A DNA stretch of 64,000 nucleotides from Amphiscolops sp. MND2022 (taxonomy: Eukaryota). How positions within the stretch are numbered: position 1 is the first letter of the stretch; every line of letters starts with the position of its first letter. The position numbers were made by a program, and so were the translations under genes. The notes beneath the pieces are model-generated. The model had not been told where the DNA came from and did not search any database. It worked only from the letters and a program-made list of their open reading frames with translations. The stretch covers positions 18,972,001-19,036,000 of the forward strand of contig OZ076415.1 in NCBI GenBank assembly GCA_964187785.1. The letters run 5' to 3'. Of this stretch, positions 46,561-60,850 are shown piece by piece.

Positions 46561-47712
46561 GTGAATATCGTTTCAAGTAGTCAAATATTATTGCTCAATC
46601 TTTGTTTTTTTTTACAATTTTTTGTGATGTCCATTTTTCAATAATAGGTTTTTACACTGCCCTCCAAATATGTATTTACATTTTAAATATTTCATATGAA
46701 GGAATACAGTGTTTTTTCTTTTTGTAATCACCGTTAATTGAACAGCACGCTGAATATGACGCTACCTTCAGACTTATGTGACTGAAGTTTATTTGCTTTG
46801 AAATTGCGATAAAATTGAAACGCTAATTTATGATGAATCTTGAAGGCAACTTGGAAAACTAAGTCTAATCATTGGAATTTTGATGCATTGAAGTTTCTTT
46901 GAGAATTTTATAAAATGATGGAAAATTAGCTTGGTAACCTACAAAAACATGTAAAATTGTCAAGCAGTTCAAACCAGGGTAGTTCATTCTCAGCCATTTC
47001 TCTAACCTACTTAAAGAGCGTAAATGATCTCAATATTGAGCGATTGTTAGGAAAAAATGACTTGAAAGTTCTAAAAGTACTTAAATATTGCTGAAAATAT
47101 ACTCCAATTTTTGAATATTTGGAGTCGCCAGTTGTCTATAAAACGAATATTGCGAGAAAAACGAAAAATCAAATTTTGTTTGTTTTTCAATTGGTTAGGA
47201 AGTCCTAAACTTTTCAGGTGTTGATGCAACTCGAAAAATTGCGAAAATCAATTTGTGAACAGTTGTTGGCTTTTCGTGAAACCAATCGTAAGTGAAACTA
47301 GAACTTATTTCATGACAAGTATTTGATTTTGATCTTGTAAGCACCCATGGGATCTTGAAAGCTTGCTCTGAAGAAAGGGTGCTAACTCGTAATCAATTTT
47401 CTTTTTTAAATTTCGAATTCAGTTATGAGTCTTTCATCTGAACATATGGCTAAGTAGAAGATTCGTCACTTAGGAGTCCTTCACAATTAGTGAGCTCCTC
47501 AAAATTAAATCACTCTCAGATTTTCTTTCCAAGACGATAAATGTGTGCAATCAATGAAGTTTCAGATAATTCTAATAAACAGAGTTTGAAAGCCGCCAAA
47601 GTTTTTAGTCGCTTCTTACATTGTGCTTTGTTTTACACAGTTTTTTTGAAGGGGGTTGTGGTATAAAATGGCCAGTTCATTGGAATCTGATCGTTTGAAG
47701 AGTTCTCGATGG

Positions 47713-49754
47713 TCATTTCCCGATGACGTATATCTCGAATTTTCCTCCATCAGCAAATTCTGCGGGTCTTTGGCTCTCGGGTGTGGTAGCATATATGATA
47801 TAGGGAGGTTGTTTTTTCGTCGGGGGATCTTCATTCACAAAACGGGACTGTAAAGTATCTTTTGACCACCATTGTTCCCACGGGCATATTTGTCTAGAAA
47901 GAAATTTTTTGGTATGAAAAAATAACAAAAACCTGTATAAAAATCTGAATAAGAATCGGAAGGTTCTCTGAAGTAAAAAAATGCTTCATATTTTCTAAAG
48001 GTGTTTTAAAGTTTTTTCTAACAGCATTTCTAAAAGTGCGTCCCGTATTTGATTCCAAAATTTCCATTATTTACTAACTTCTCAGAAAAATTGTCAAACT
48101 GTTCAATTTTTTGAAGCTAAGTAGTAAACGAGATCGTGGTCAATTTATTGCAAAAAAATCAGGTTGATATAAATCACCTACTATTTTTGTAAAGGTTTTC
48201 TATCATTTTTGGCTGCAAAGACCATATGTTTCCAGAAAAGCAAAAAAAAATGTATTCTGTTTAGGAAAACAAAACACAAATGAAAGAAACACCAAGAAAG
48301 TCATTTTCGGAGGGCGAGTTTAGAAGCGCCAAAATCAAGTTTCAAAAAGAGTAAAAAATGTCATACCCTCTTCCAATCATAATCCATCCTTTGTCTCCAT
48401 CACAGGTACTGAACTTTTGGTTGATGTAGAAATATCGCTTTTTCTGTGTTTCGGCTATTGTAAAAATGGATCCCCACTCTATCTTCTGTTCCAAATTCCA
48501 CAACGAAGAATAATAAACATTCTCGAAAGCGAACCATGTTTCAAAGTTGCTGTTGCCATTAAAACCGACTTCAGAAACGACCTCGGTTTTCTCAAAGTTG
48601 TAAACCAAAACTTTTATATACAAGGCTGATAATATTTTGTTTTGTATATCATCATCCCTGAACAACTTATCCTGGACTATTGTTCCAGAATTCGGATTCT
48701 CAAGTTTTCCCGTCTGAAAGTAATCGTATGGATCCACGCCCGAGAAAGATTCGATGCTGAAAACCAAATTCCAGGCCCCGGAAGCAAAAATTTGGATTTT
48801 GGACCCCCAAGAAGCCTGTGAAAATTTGACGGGTTGTGCTTTGGGTGAATATAGAATTCCACAAGCTTGACCGTTTTCGCTTGCGTAGTTTTCCCACAGT
48901 TGAAACTCGTTGCATGTTGTGTGAGTGTAACACGTCAGAGCGAAGAAACCCTCAACTGAGCAAAAACTAGCGTCAAATTGGGTTATTATTCCAAAACCAT
49001 TTTCGTTTTTGACGAAAACTGTGGCTGGATTCAATACGTCCATTTCCCAGAACGATGATTTTTGGAAATTAGAGGCGTAGAACCAAGGAAATAAATTGTC
49101 ATCACTGCCAAGAAATTCGAGCTCTGCTACCACTGGAATTGTGGCAAGGTAGGCATTTCAATCAAAGGCATTTTTATTTTTTTGCTCTTGTCGAAAAACG
49201 TATGTTTTACTGGATGACATTGCTATCATAAATTTAAAATAACTAGTTAAATTTTTGATACAATGAAACTATGTTTCAGAAGTATTAGCGCTTGATTTTC
49301 AAGCGACAATAATCTAGTTTCCCTGATCTACCTTCCGGAAACAAGAAAGAAAAAGATGATTCAATTTTTGGTAATTCGAATATTTGTGGACAAAACGATA
49401 AACTTTCTCGGTATCATTTCTCGAAGACATAGTTGATTATTTATAATCGCTTCAAAAATACTATGACACCAATAGAAAGGAACAGAACAAAAATCTGATT
49501 TTTGGACGGTTTTTTTAAAGCAGTAGGAACTGTGAAATGAAAGACCAGCTTGAAGTAATGCCAACCTTGGCTTTCATCGTCGTAGACAACCATTAAAATT
49601 TTAGACGCCTTGCTGATTTCGTCATCGGAGGTGATTTTCATGAAATTTTGGTCCATGTATTGAGGACCATACAAATTTTTGCTCTCAAGATAGAAGAAAG
49701 ACGACTTGGAAGATGGAAGAAACACTTTTTGGATATCCCATCCTGCATACTCCA
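47713..49754 (-). CDS. Three 3' exons of a gene with two tandem copies of an unassigned ~200-aa domain
   Basis: Exons 49566-49754 (phase 1-1), 48367-49132 (1-2) and 47713-47893 (2-stop) join in frame. Repeat motifs ILMVVYD..VVAELEFLG....WF...SSFW and IKVLVYN..VVSEVGFNG...WF...SSLW; C-x-x-D-x-GW in repeat 2. 5' exons not found. Confidence 0.75.
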
Positions 49755-50352
49755 CTGCAAAAAAATATATTCACATTACATTTTAAATTAAATTCTTCAC
49801 GAACATTCGAACCATAATCTTTTGCGACGTGAACTTTCAGTTTTGGATACAGAGACACACATGGTCTTAGACTATAGACAATACTCCCTTGGGTTGATCC
49901 GACAAGGGAACAATGGTAAGATAGTCACCTAATTTTACTGCATTCATATCCGTAGCACGAGAAATCTGAGAAGGTATGATGTATTTCGTAGCACGAATCG
50001 TAGCGCGAACTTAACACTAATTCTTCGGTTGATGGACTATGGTATTTGACAAATGAATTTAGGAATCAAAAAAATTCTCAGATTTTGGTCCAAATTACAA
50101 CAATACTTTTCCTTTTAAAATCGAATGAAAACTTAAAAAGGTATATGACATTGTATTTTGAGCAATTTTGAATTTCTTAGAATTTCACTACGTAATATCA
50201 CAAAACTTCTTGTCAGAAGAAACATTTTCCAATTTCTGTAGACTATTCATTAGAGTCAACTCATGGTCTGACATTTCGTCAGTTTTTTTTTCAAAAAATG
50301 ATGCAGTCAAAGTAGTTCTACAAGTCCTTTAATTTTGCAAAGTTATAGTTCT

Positions 50353-50415
50353 CCCTGTCACTTGGCCTAGTTGTTAACGCGAATTTCCTGTCCTGGGTTC
50401 GAGTCTCGCACTAAA
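50353..50415 (+). mobile_element. Degenerate tRNA-derived (SINE-like) head
   Basis: A-box-like TGGCCTAGTTG at ~50363 and B box GGTTCGAGTC at ~50396; no full cloverleaf. Confidence 0.35.
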
Positions 50416-50534
50416 CCAAACATTGTTTTTGTTTACCGAATTGGGGGGAAACCAAAGAAGACAAAAGGAGGCCCTTTAGAAAATTTTAGGAACTATTCAA
50501 CTTTTTTCAGGAAATCGATTTTATTTTTAGCCCC

Positions 50535-52245
50535 TGTCGCAGGCTGCCGCCTGAGACGGTACCCGCATAACCACCACGGCAACAGGACAAGAGATAGTAC
50601 CCGGCACATTGCCTATTTATTTAAGACTGAAACGTTACGAACTATTTTATTATTTTTCATTTTGTTTTCTTTTATTCAGTATGGTTTCGTAGTATTAGTC
50701 TGTTAAATGTACGATTTGGCAAATCCAAATCAAGTTGCTAGATTTTGTCAGAAGACGTAGTAAATGTAGATTAAATTGATGCAAGTAGAATACAACTGTA
50801 AGGCAGCAAAGGAAACGTATTCAAGTGATGTAAAGTGCTATTCCGGAAACGTCGCTTGAGCACGTAATCGCAGCCAATCTCATTTCACCACTTATTGCGT
50901 CAATGATGCTTTTAGTCATTTATGGCCAATAAGGCCAATTGACGCAACTCCTCCACTCCTGATTAGCAATGCATTCAAATGGCCGGTTCCGGCCGCTTCA
51001 TGAAAGGACGAAGTTATGATGTTAATTATACTTGTAAATAACCAGTAATTAGGTGCTTGTGTTCTACGCTTTAAATAGATGCATCTGTGCATTAGATGGA
51101 GACCAATACCCCAGACTTGGTATTACTTGTTGATTAAGGACATTTACCTTATGTCTGTCAGTGCTTATTAGGCATGAGGCAAATAGCCATTCAGGCAGTT
51201 TCAATATATTTGTTGTTTCATGTAAATTGCAGATCAGTTAAAGTAGTATAGCCTGCTAAGTCACGCGCGCCCACGAGTGCCTGCAATGAATATTTACAAT
51301 TCCTCGTTTTGTTGATGCTTTGATGTAACTAGTCCATTGACCGATAAATTAAAGGTATTCATTTGATGCCACAAATACCTGTTGCTAGTCTCTTGATATT
51401 CTTTGGTGCTTCTTTAATAATGATAACCATGTGACATGTTAGGGTCACGACTGCCATGTGTCATGTGATTTTGTTCTTGAAAGGAAAATCTAAGGAATGT
51501 GAGTGTCACCCTCTCAGGGGTACATATACCAATACCTCTCCTGGTATTATTGTTTTTACACGCTCTGATAAAGATACCTCAAAAACAGTTCACTGTTGAT
51601 TTTCTGAATAGAGATAATTCAAGTATTTGTACTCGGATTTCCTTGATGCCTACTACTAGAAAACAGAAAAAGGCAAGAAAGTCAAGAGGACTAAAATTAC
51701 TCTCAGATATAGGAAACCTAGGTATAATGTTAGGTGAAAGACACTCTGAGAGGGATGAAAGTGCCAATAGTAATTCAGCTAGACGGCCGAAAAGTGCCAC
51801 TAGTGATATGTTTGAAGATAATGAAAAAAACTTGTACTTGAATCATACAGAAATGAGATCAGGTAATAATGCCGACCCCGGACAAAATTCAACAAGTGCT
51901 AACTCGATGCTGAGATCCATAGATTGTCGAGGGAGCTTAACTCGAGGTTGTCAAGAGAAATGGATGAGATGATGAACTGTGTTAATACTCAGATCCAAAG
52001 AGCAATAAGTGATGCTATAAGCAATCAGATTTTGCCGCAAATACAAATTGCCCTAAAAGGCCGGATCGGGACATGTGACACAAAACAGATAGAACGTTCT
52101 GGCGGAGAGACCGGAAATTAATCCCGAAGATTATCGCAGTGAGAAAACTAAAATCAACTCTAGAAGTGAGCCAACCCGTGATTGTCTTGGGTGAAAATCA
52201 CACAAACCAATTCACATGAAAATCACACAAACCAAGCTTACGACA
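50535..52245 (+). repeat. Gypsy B 5' LTR (1711 bp), includes the gag start
   Basis: Colinear with 61893-63527; ATG of MPTTRKQKKARKSR at 51646 lies inside it. Confidence 0.93.
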
Positions 52246-55200
52246 CGGTGACAGGAGAAAACGAATCTCCAGTCCTAGTTCCTGAGTTTCTCACGGGACG
52301 AATGCCATCACGAAGTCATCTCAACCAATCTCATGATGACCTCAATCCCCTACTCGACAAGACGATCCCAGCGCAAGAGCGAACTGCATTGGCTCCGGAA
52401 TCAGACCCAATCCACAGACTAGCTGATGTCTTGAAAAGCATGCAGAATCAACCAACAACCCAACAACTCACTATCCGACCGGTCAACTCTAATACGATGA
52501 ACTTTGACGGCAAAAGTGAACAATTCGAGCTGTTTGAGGATCTTTTCCACACGATGATCAAGATGCAGCCTGAGATGTCTGAGCAGATGAAGATCAACCA
52601 CTCTCACTCACTTTTGAGGAAAAATGCGTTGCAGACTTTAAGAAACATTAAAGAAACAGCCAATAGACAAACTCTTGAAGATATACTAGTCTTTTTCAGG
52701 CAAAAATACGTCAAGCCTGAATATCAGGCAACTGCCAAGATCAAATAGCATCGTCTGGTATTTGACCCGAACAGGATGAAACTACTAGATATCATAGAGG
52801 AACTCAATCAAGGAGCAGAGAAAGCGTTTAGCGACAAGGCTCAAAAACTGATTGACAGTCTCTTTTACGCAAAACTGCCATCGAAATTGTTACGGTCAGT
52901 CAATATGGCCAGACCAGAAAACGGCTCCTATGATAAAATTGTGGCCCATCTTGAAAGGGAATTAGAACTCAACGCTCTTGAGGAAACGCCCTTGGCAACA
53001 ATGGCATCCTCATTATCCAACTCTAAAACCCCTCTCTCTACTGGGCAAATGACCGACATCACATGCAAATAGAGCAAGGAAAAAGGCCATATGGTCAAGG
53101 ACTGCGAGAAATGAAAAAGATGAAAGAAAAAGATGCCCAACAAGGCTAAACGACTCAGAAGAAAGTTTACCCTGAGTGTGGAACTTATGGCGAGAAAAAT
53201 CACCCTGAAGGGCGATGTTGGCAGGGCGCAGGTGCGCACCTCAAAGCTAAGCGCAGCAGACCCGAAGACTCAAATGACAACAACCCAGATTCAAAGCTGT
53301 AAAAATCACAATACAAACCAACATCGTTCAACTCCCAATCTTCATCCAAGAACGACGACTCAAAAAACTAGCTTCGCCACGACTCCAATACAACCAAAAT
53401 AGTACATCAAATCGGACCCTGCAACTGAAATTTTGCATAATTATCAACAACAATTGATTGGCTATCCTTCTGTTGTCCGGCAGCAACAGATGGAAAAAGC
53501 TACCATCATTACGTACAATAACACTCATCTGTATCAAAAACTAATTCTTCTTTGGGATCCTGAATACCCAACAACTTTCACTACCCGATTCAGGCCCATT
53601 CCCTTAATTGACGAAGACAACCCACCGTATATCGACCCAGACTATGGCAGAGATCCCTTTTGGGACACTGAGATCTATAACCAGGATTTGTTGCAGTTCC
53701 GGCACGTCCATGATGATATCGACATATACCAACGGACAGTCCACGAGAACCCTCCATTAACACACAACAAGAAAACGAGAGCGTTAATTGAAAATTGGCA
53801 AATGAATGATTGCACCAACCATCCAGTGTTCCCAATCTCCTTGGGAACCGAAGACTCGGAAACCGCTAGTGGACCAAATCCACACTCCCTATTAGATGAG
53901 AAACAATTCCAGAACATCCTTATTACCAAAGATGGTGAACCAGACTGTATACCACTCTCGACGAATATCAACCTCAAATGTAAGAAACGTATGTTGTATT
54001 TCCCAATGGACTTTGGGGAACTAACCATATAGTGCCTAATCGACACTGGGGCACTATCCAGTGCAATCCCTGAAAAGGACCTCGGGAAAATCCGACTTCT
54101 CTCTCCACAATCTGTTGTCCGGGAAGCTCCGCCTCCGAATTTTCAGATCATGGTTGCAAATGGAGAATTGAAAACTCCTATAAGTACTGTCGAGCATAAG
54201 TTTGAGGTTGGTGATATAGAGTTCCACGAAATATTCAGAGAAGCCATACAGTTCTGAATATGCGCCAAGGAATATTGAATTTTCCGTTCTTTTCAATGCA
54301 GCTCAAAACAGCTGATCACAGATACTCCTACGTATTGGAACCAATTCTCAACCCGCAGAAACTACCATTCCGCCAAATTATAGAGTCCTAATCAGGACTA
54401 ATGACTTACTCTATCCTGAGAATGCTGTAACGGGAATACTGCAACCGAGCGACCTTCTACACGAGAAAGGCTACATTACTTTATGCTCAACTCTGGTCAC
54501 TCTGAATGATGGCAAAATACTGATACCGGCGAATAACTTCAGAGATCATCCCTACAAACTCAAAAAGGATTCCATATTGCTAATTTCTCATAACACGCCA
54601 GAACAAATGAAATATGTCAAACCGGTTGACCGGGCATCGACCTGGCTTCTTTTACAAAACGACCAAGAGCAGGCAGCCCATGACGTCAGCAGCCTCATCA
54701 AGACCATTAAAAACACTCAAAACTCCAAAAATTATTGGTTCCCAACTCCAGAAAACACAGGCAACCCATATAAACACACGCGTATCCAAAACAATTTTCC
54801 GGGAACTACAGGCCTTACAGGACCTGGATACTCTAGACCTTACAAAAGATGCTAATTCCAGGACAAAGTTCCTGAAAAATTTCGACTGGAAAGACTCAAC
54901 GCTTGCACGCGACGAAATAGCAAGAATCGAAGAATTATTAGTCGAATTTCACGACGTTTTTGCGAGACACAGATTCGACATAGGCATGAACGAGGAAATC
55001 ACGGTGGAACTGACGCCTAAAGACAACTCTCCAGCCTATAGACAGAGGCTCCCCGCGCCAATTAATTTGAAGGAGGACATTGTAGTCGAACTAGCCATGT
55101 TGCACTAATATGGAATCATTACCATTTTCGAAGTATGCTAGCCCGATATGCTCCCAAAAGAAGCCAAACGGAAAACTTCGTCTACTGGTTTACTTGAGAA

Positions 55201-58200
55201 AAATCAAGACGATTATATAAACCCTATGTCAGTACCATAGTCGATGCTGCCCAACACATGGCAGGCAAAAAACTGTTTTGTAAATTAGACTGTTCGCAGG
55301 CATACCATTGCCTACAGATGACTGACCAACGATCAATTGAGATGTTAGCATTCAGTTTCGATAGTCGCACATTTGCCTACAGACGTTTGGCACAAGGCCT
55401 TAGGAGAGCACTGTCCGCATTTTCTAGTTCCATGATAGAATACCTTGACAAAGTCGTTAAAGCGGATCAGTGTGCCCAATATGTGGACGACATGGGCATC
55501 GCAGCCAGTGATGCCGACCATTTCATCGCTAACCTGAGGGCAACCTTCGAATGCATCCAGGAAGCAGGCCATAAATTGACGATTTACAAATGTCACTTTG
55601 GTGCAAATGAAATTGATTTTCTTGAACAAACAATTACCCCACAAGGCGTGAAACCCCAGAAACAAAACGTACAGAACTTCCTTGAAAAAACCAAATTCCC
55701 AAAGTCGAAAAAAGCTTTGCAACGCTATTTGGGATTCTTAAACTATTGTAGAAACTATTTCCCAAGACAGTCCAAACGCCTTGCACCATTCTACAAGATG
55801 CTGAAAGGTGACGAAAATGTCCTAGTATCGAAAGAATTGGTCATTGGTCCAACAATTTGAGGAAATCAATAGAGCACTTGATAAATGTTGCAACGTGGCA
55901 CTACAACAATCCATTCCAAATAAACAAACCGCACTAATGACAGATGCAAGTTTTGGTGCTGCTGGATATGCAATCCTAATTGAAGACAATCCCAATCAGA
56001 AATTCACATCAATCCGAAAGTCATATCCACCGGTCGCTTACGGTTCAAAAACCTTCCCTCAGCGAAGACAAAAAAGTCCATCTACGCAAATTACTTTCTT
56101 GCGCTTTACTTCGCTTTCAAAGAGTTCGGGCATATTTTCTGGGGTGCGCCGAAACCGGTCATTATCCCAACTGACAATAAAGTTGTCACTCGAACGAAAG
56201 TTGTACCCCCAGCCCTGTGGAACATTTGCGACTATGTAATACAATTCAATTTGTCATTGCGCACATCCCAGGAGCACAGAATACGGCAGCGGATTATTTG
56301 TCCCTCCTGGAAGCTGACCCAAAGGACAAGCTAGTCATGAAAGTCAGAGAGGACCTTCAGACAGTCCCAATCGAAATAAATGTCCAGTCAGCAGGCGTCT
56401 CACAGGAAAAACGAATCTTCTATACAAATGACGACGATGAGACAAAAGAACAATTTTGAGCGCGAAAAGAAGCAATTTGACGAAATCCCGCCACATCAGA
56501 AACGACCATCACAATTCAATCTGTCTCTACAAACTTGATCAGACAATAACTTGAGATTCAAGTCCGATTACGAAAGACAACCAGATAAATTTTGAGCAAT
56601 CCAAAGTTGCAGTATTACAGCAAATGAAGGCAAAATTCCTTCGCGGGGACTATTCAGAAAACGTGCTGCAACAGGATGCCCAATACAGACACTATGTTAA
56701 CAATTTAGAACGAATTATAGTCAAGAAAGATATCCTGACAAGGCAATACTTCGATGAAACAGGGAATGTGAAATACCATCAAATACTTCTCCCGCAACAC
56801 CTACTACAGGAATTGCTTCAGTCCCTTCATGGAACGGCCCAAATGCACCCTGGCATCTCAAAACTGTTACAGGAGATCAGACATAGGTATTATTACCCTG
56901 GCATGGCGAAACACGTCAAAAAGTGGATAGAAGGGTGCGAACAATGCGTAAAGTATAAACGCGTCCCCAATGTAACGATCACGCCTGAACTACTTAATTT
57001 GTCGGAATGGGATTTTGGACACGAAGACGCCATGCAGATCGACTTATTGCCGAATCTGCCCTAATTGGAGGATATGAAAATGTTCTAACTGCAATTGATG
57101 TCTTCTATAGATGTCTGTTCACCTATCCCCTCATTACAGTGGGGTAAGCGGCAAGGCCTTCCAAAACTCGGAAAATGTTGGGCAAAAACTCGGGAATGCA
57201 TGGGCGACTTTTGTTGTTCATAACTGAAAATCTCGGAAACGCATGGACGAAATCAACTAATTGTTGAACATAATCTGTCATAAGGACGCCTCAGCGATCA
57301 ATGTAGCAAAAGTGTTGATTGACATAATGAATAAACATGCGTATTTACCAACAACCCTCATTACTGATAAGGGAACTGCTTTCACTTCCACGATTATTGC
57401 GGAGATTACACAGATTTTGGGAATTTCGCTCAAATGTGCAACGACAAAGCACCCGCAAACGATCGGGAAATTAGAGCGGACACATGCTTCAATCAAGACG
57501 AATCTCATAATGGCATGTGGGTAATACCACTGACAATGGCACAAATATTTGCCAATAGCAAGCAGTCCTAAATCATAACACAGGTTACCATGCCTGCATC
57601 AGTTTTGAACCAACCAGAGTATTTCATGGAAGAATTCCATATAACGTTTGGATCACAAGCTTGGAAATAATCCAATTGAACAGATCACTCCGACAACCGA
57701 ATTTGCGGAAGAAATCCAGACTCGGACAAAACTCCTGATTGATAAAACGAAGCAAAATATCATGCAATCACACATCAAATACAAGGAGTACTATGACCGC
57801 AAAGCGAAAGCTGCTCCAATCAAGGAAAATGACTCTTGTTTTGTATTACAGCCGAAAACGGATCGTCAAGGATCAAAAATTCCATTCAGAGATTACCGCT
57901 AGGTTGGACCATTTATAGTCCAAAAAATACTACCTAATAAAAGTTACATTGTACGCCGGCTCAATACAAATAAAACTCAAACATTGCATCGAATTCGCCG
58001 TAAAAAGTTTGTTCCCAATCAACCGCTTGAGGACAATTTGCGAGAAGAGCGCTTATTGCGAGTCGAAGACATTGTCATTCCACAAGACGACTTCTATTCA
58101 ATCACATGGGAGACAAACTTCGGTGATTAGCTAGTTACGCGTGACAACGAGCCTATTTCAACTAGCTTGCCGAATGGCGAACAGTCAATTACGTCAGACG

Positions 58201-58640
58201 CAACTTCAAATGACCCCACGTGAATGAAGCAAATTACATAATAACGAGAGACTTCTTAAGTGATAACATGGACGCGGCCCATAGACGGAATGAGAGATTA
58301 AATGATGATGTCAGCAAAAGAAATGAAGCTACTGAAGCTGCTAGAGATGAAAACTCTGATTTGCCGAATCTGGCCGTTTTTCCCAAAAATACTTGAAAAT
58401 TTTTGCCGGATCTGTCCGGAAGACAGAAAAATGATGCAAATTTTTCAAGCAAAACTTATTCACCGAATGAACTTGATGCACAAGATTCTCCAAAAAGGGG
58501 CATGATAATATCGTGCCCGAAATATCTCAAGACGATGGTAGAAACAAAAGTCTTAGAGGAGGGAAATATAATCGAAGGCCTAATCCTAAATCAGACTACT
58601 CAGAAGACATTAGATACTGAAAAGAATTGAATTTCGCCCA
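51646..58640 (+). pseudogene. Gypsy B gag-pol, many frameshifts and stops
   Basis: Gag (FDGKSEQFELFEDLF, KGHMVKDC knuckle), protease LIDTGALSS (~54036), RT (KLDCSQAYH, YVDD), RNase H (TDAS), integrase (QIDLLP, LITDKGTAF, GKLERTH). End approximate. Confidence 0.93.
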
Positions 58641-58859
58641 GAAATGAGCGTTATCGTTTTCCTTTTCTTCCCCATTTTTTCTTTCAGTCCCATGATGTTA
58701 TCTTTGAATAATTAATGGGACGATTGAAAGACCCCTTTTGAATAAATAAATACAAGGGTAGAACAGAAATCAGCAACAAATGAATAAATACAAGCAACAA
58801 ATGAGCAAAAGGATCAAAAAGTTTACAATCAAATTGTTTACATAAATACATTTGTACAT

Positions 58860-60850
58860 TTAGTTTTCAGATGTACTGGCACTACCTTCCTTAGCAAATG
58901 AAGAAGCCCTTGAGCCAGAAGAACCCCTTTCCATTCTTCTCCGTTTACTATCGCTAGGGGGCCGGACAGCAGGGGCGTCCTCCACTGTAGTCGCATTCAC
59001 GCTGACAGAGACAGCGACTCTCTCAGCTTGTCCACAAATGGCAGAACGATAACGGCTTTGTAAATCTTGCCCCTTCTAAAGACATCGACTTACGTCCAAG
59101 GATCGTATGCAGGAGAGAAAGCGGACTGGCTAAAAGAAGTAGACAAGAGGGAAACACTGCTCAGATTGGACTCATTGCTGCAAAAGGCCATGGAACCCGG
59201 AATTGCTGACAAGTAGCTCTGGCTTGGCAGGATGACATCTGTGAATCTACTTTGATGACCCGAAGTGCTGATTGTCCCCATTTTTACTGCAGGATAATTA
59301 GTGGTGTTTGAGGTAGCGCATAAGCAACACAGTTTAAACAGGTGTAGTAAATGGTGATGAGTCTGCATAAATTCAAGATTTAGAAGAAAGTCGATCAGGT
59401 CCTTGGAACTGTCTGTGATGTCAAACGTTGGCGGATAACTAGACCGGAGATGGTCCAATAATTCCACGTAATTATCCCGGTAAGCAGACTCATTGGACGC
59501 GGTCACCCATGATCTGAGGAGGAAAGTGCTATATAACATGTCAAAATGTCGTAAGGCAACCTCTGTTGGTCTCTTGAACATTGTGAAAGGATCGAAAGCT
59601 GCTAATCCCTTGACAATATCGGAGCACAGTCCAGCTCGGCGGAGAATTTCACTGACCAGGTTTTGCAAGTAGGACTGCCCGCCCCGGACGAAGTCAGCCT
59701 TCACGGTTCCAGCCATCTTCTGGATAACAGCCTTATCCACCCGCTTACCGGAATGGATGCTCTCTGCCTTTTGCTTGCTTGCCTTTGTCACCTTGTTTGC
59801 CATTTTCAACCGATGAAGAAACTCATCTGCGGGCATGAAGACTCCTTCGCTAATTTGGAAGTTCAGAAGAAAGAACCATGAGTTTAGAAGGGGAACGGTG
59901 TCTGGATTGTAACAGCGAAAACACAATCTGTAGAGGTAGCGTGCGACCTCTCCACGGAGATAAATAATGGAGTCACCGCTGTAAATTGATGATGAAACTG
60001 AAAGTGTCTAAAAATAGGTGAAAAGTCCTAACCTTGCTTTGGAAATATGACTGGAATCTACCGTGGTATACTAACAATCACTGACGAAGTGGTAGAAGAA
60101 CTCCCGCTTGACAAGGAAGAACTCATCACAGATGAGCGACCATTCGAAGCTCTGCACCTAAAACAAAAGGATGAAGGTTGTGATTCCAAGTCGTAGACTC
60201 CCATTATCCTGAACCGTATAGAATGCTACAGAAACAACCCGCATTAGTGAAGAACAGGTACGGCCATTTACTCTGATTCCTTGTCCTTGCTGTTGTGGAA
60301 CATGCAGGGTCAGGTATACTACACGGACTTCCATTCATCTATAAGTTCCTGGCACATTGCGGGCAAGGTCAGGAGGTCCAACTTGTAACTAGTCACAGCC
60401 TGGAAAGAACGCAATTTTGATAAGTCCCAGTGCAAAAAAACTAAACCTACGTGGGATTTTCTCCTTTTCCTGCAAAAGGTTCGTGGATACTTACTTGGGT
60501 CAACTTAGGGCTTCTATGCATCCAGTCTTCTAGCAGTGAACCACTCAAAGAGATCATCAATCCTCTCAGCACGGAGAAGAAATCAATATGTCCGAAGACA
60601 CTGTAACTGCTTTTTTTCATCAAACGGGACAAATCCAGACAGTCAAAACGGAAGCAGCTTCTGACGGCACGGGTGAAACACGACATGTCCCCAGTGGTAC
60701 GGACTAAGTCTCCTGGACATCCTGAGCAGGCCACAATATCTGATTTGGTAGATACCACAGAGAAGTCGGGCTAGGGAACTTAGCTCGTCAGTCAGTTCCG
60801 AGGAAGGTAGCCTATTTCGGCAAACTGCCGAAATGATGACCCGAAGTGCT
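58860..60850 (-). pseudogene. Gypsy B antisense spliced gene, homologous to 20204-23210; 5' part lost
   Basis: Introns 60400-60494, 60158-60271 and 59998-60075 (GT-AG on the minus strand). Exons ...SPKLTQ | AVTSYKL...ELIDEWKSV | VQSFEWSLICDEFF...FVSD | ...YLYRLCF, continuing into ORF 59090-59926; probable true stop near 58860. Confidence 0.8.
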
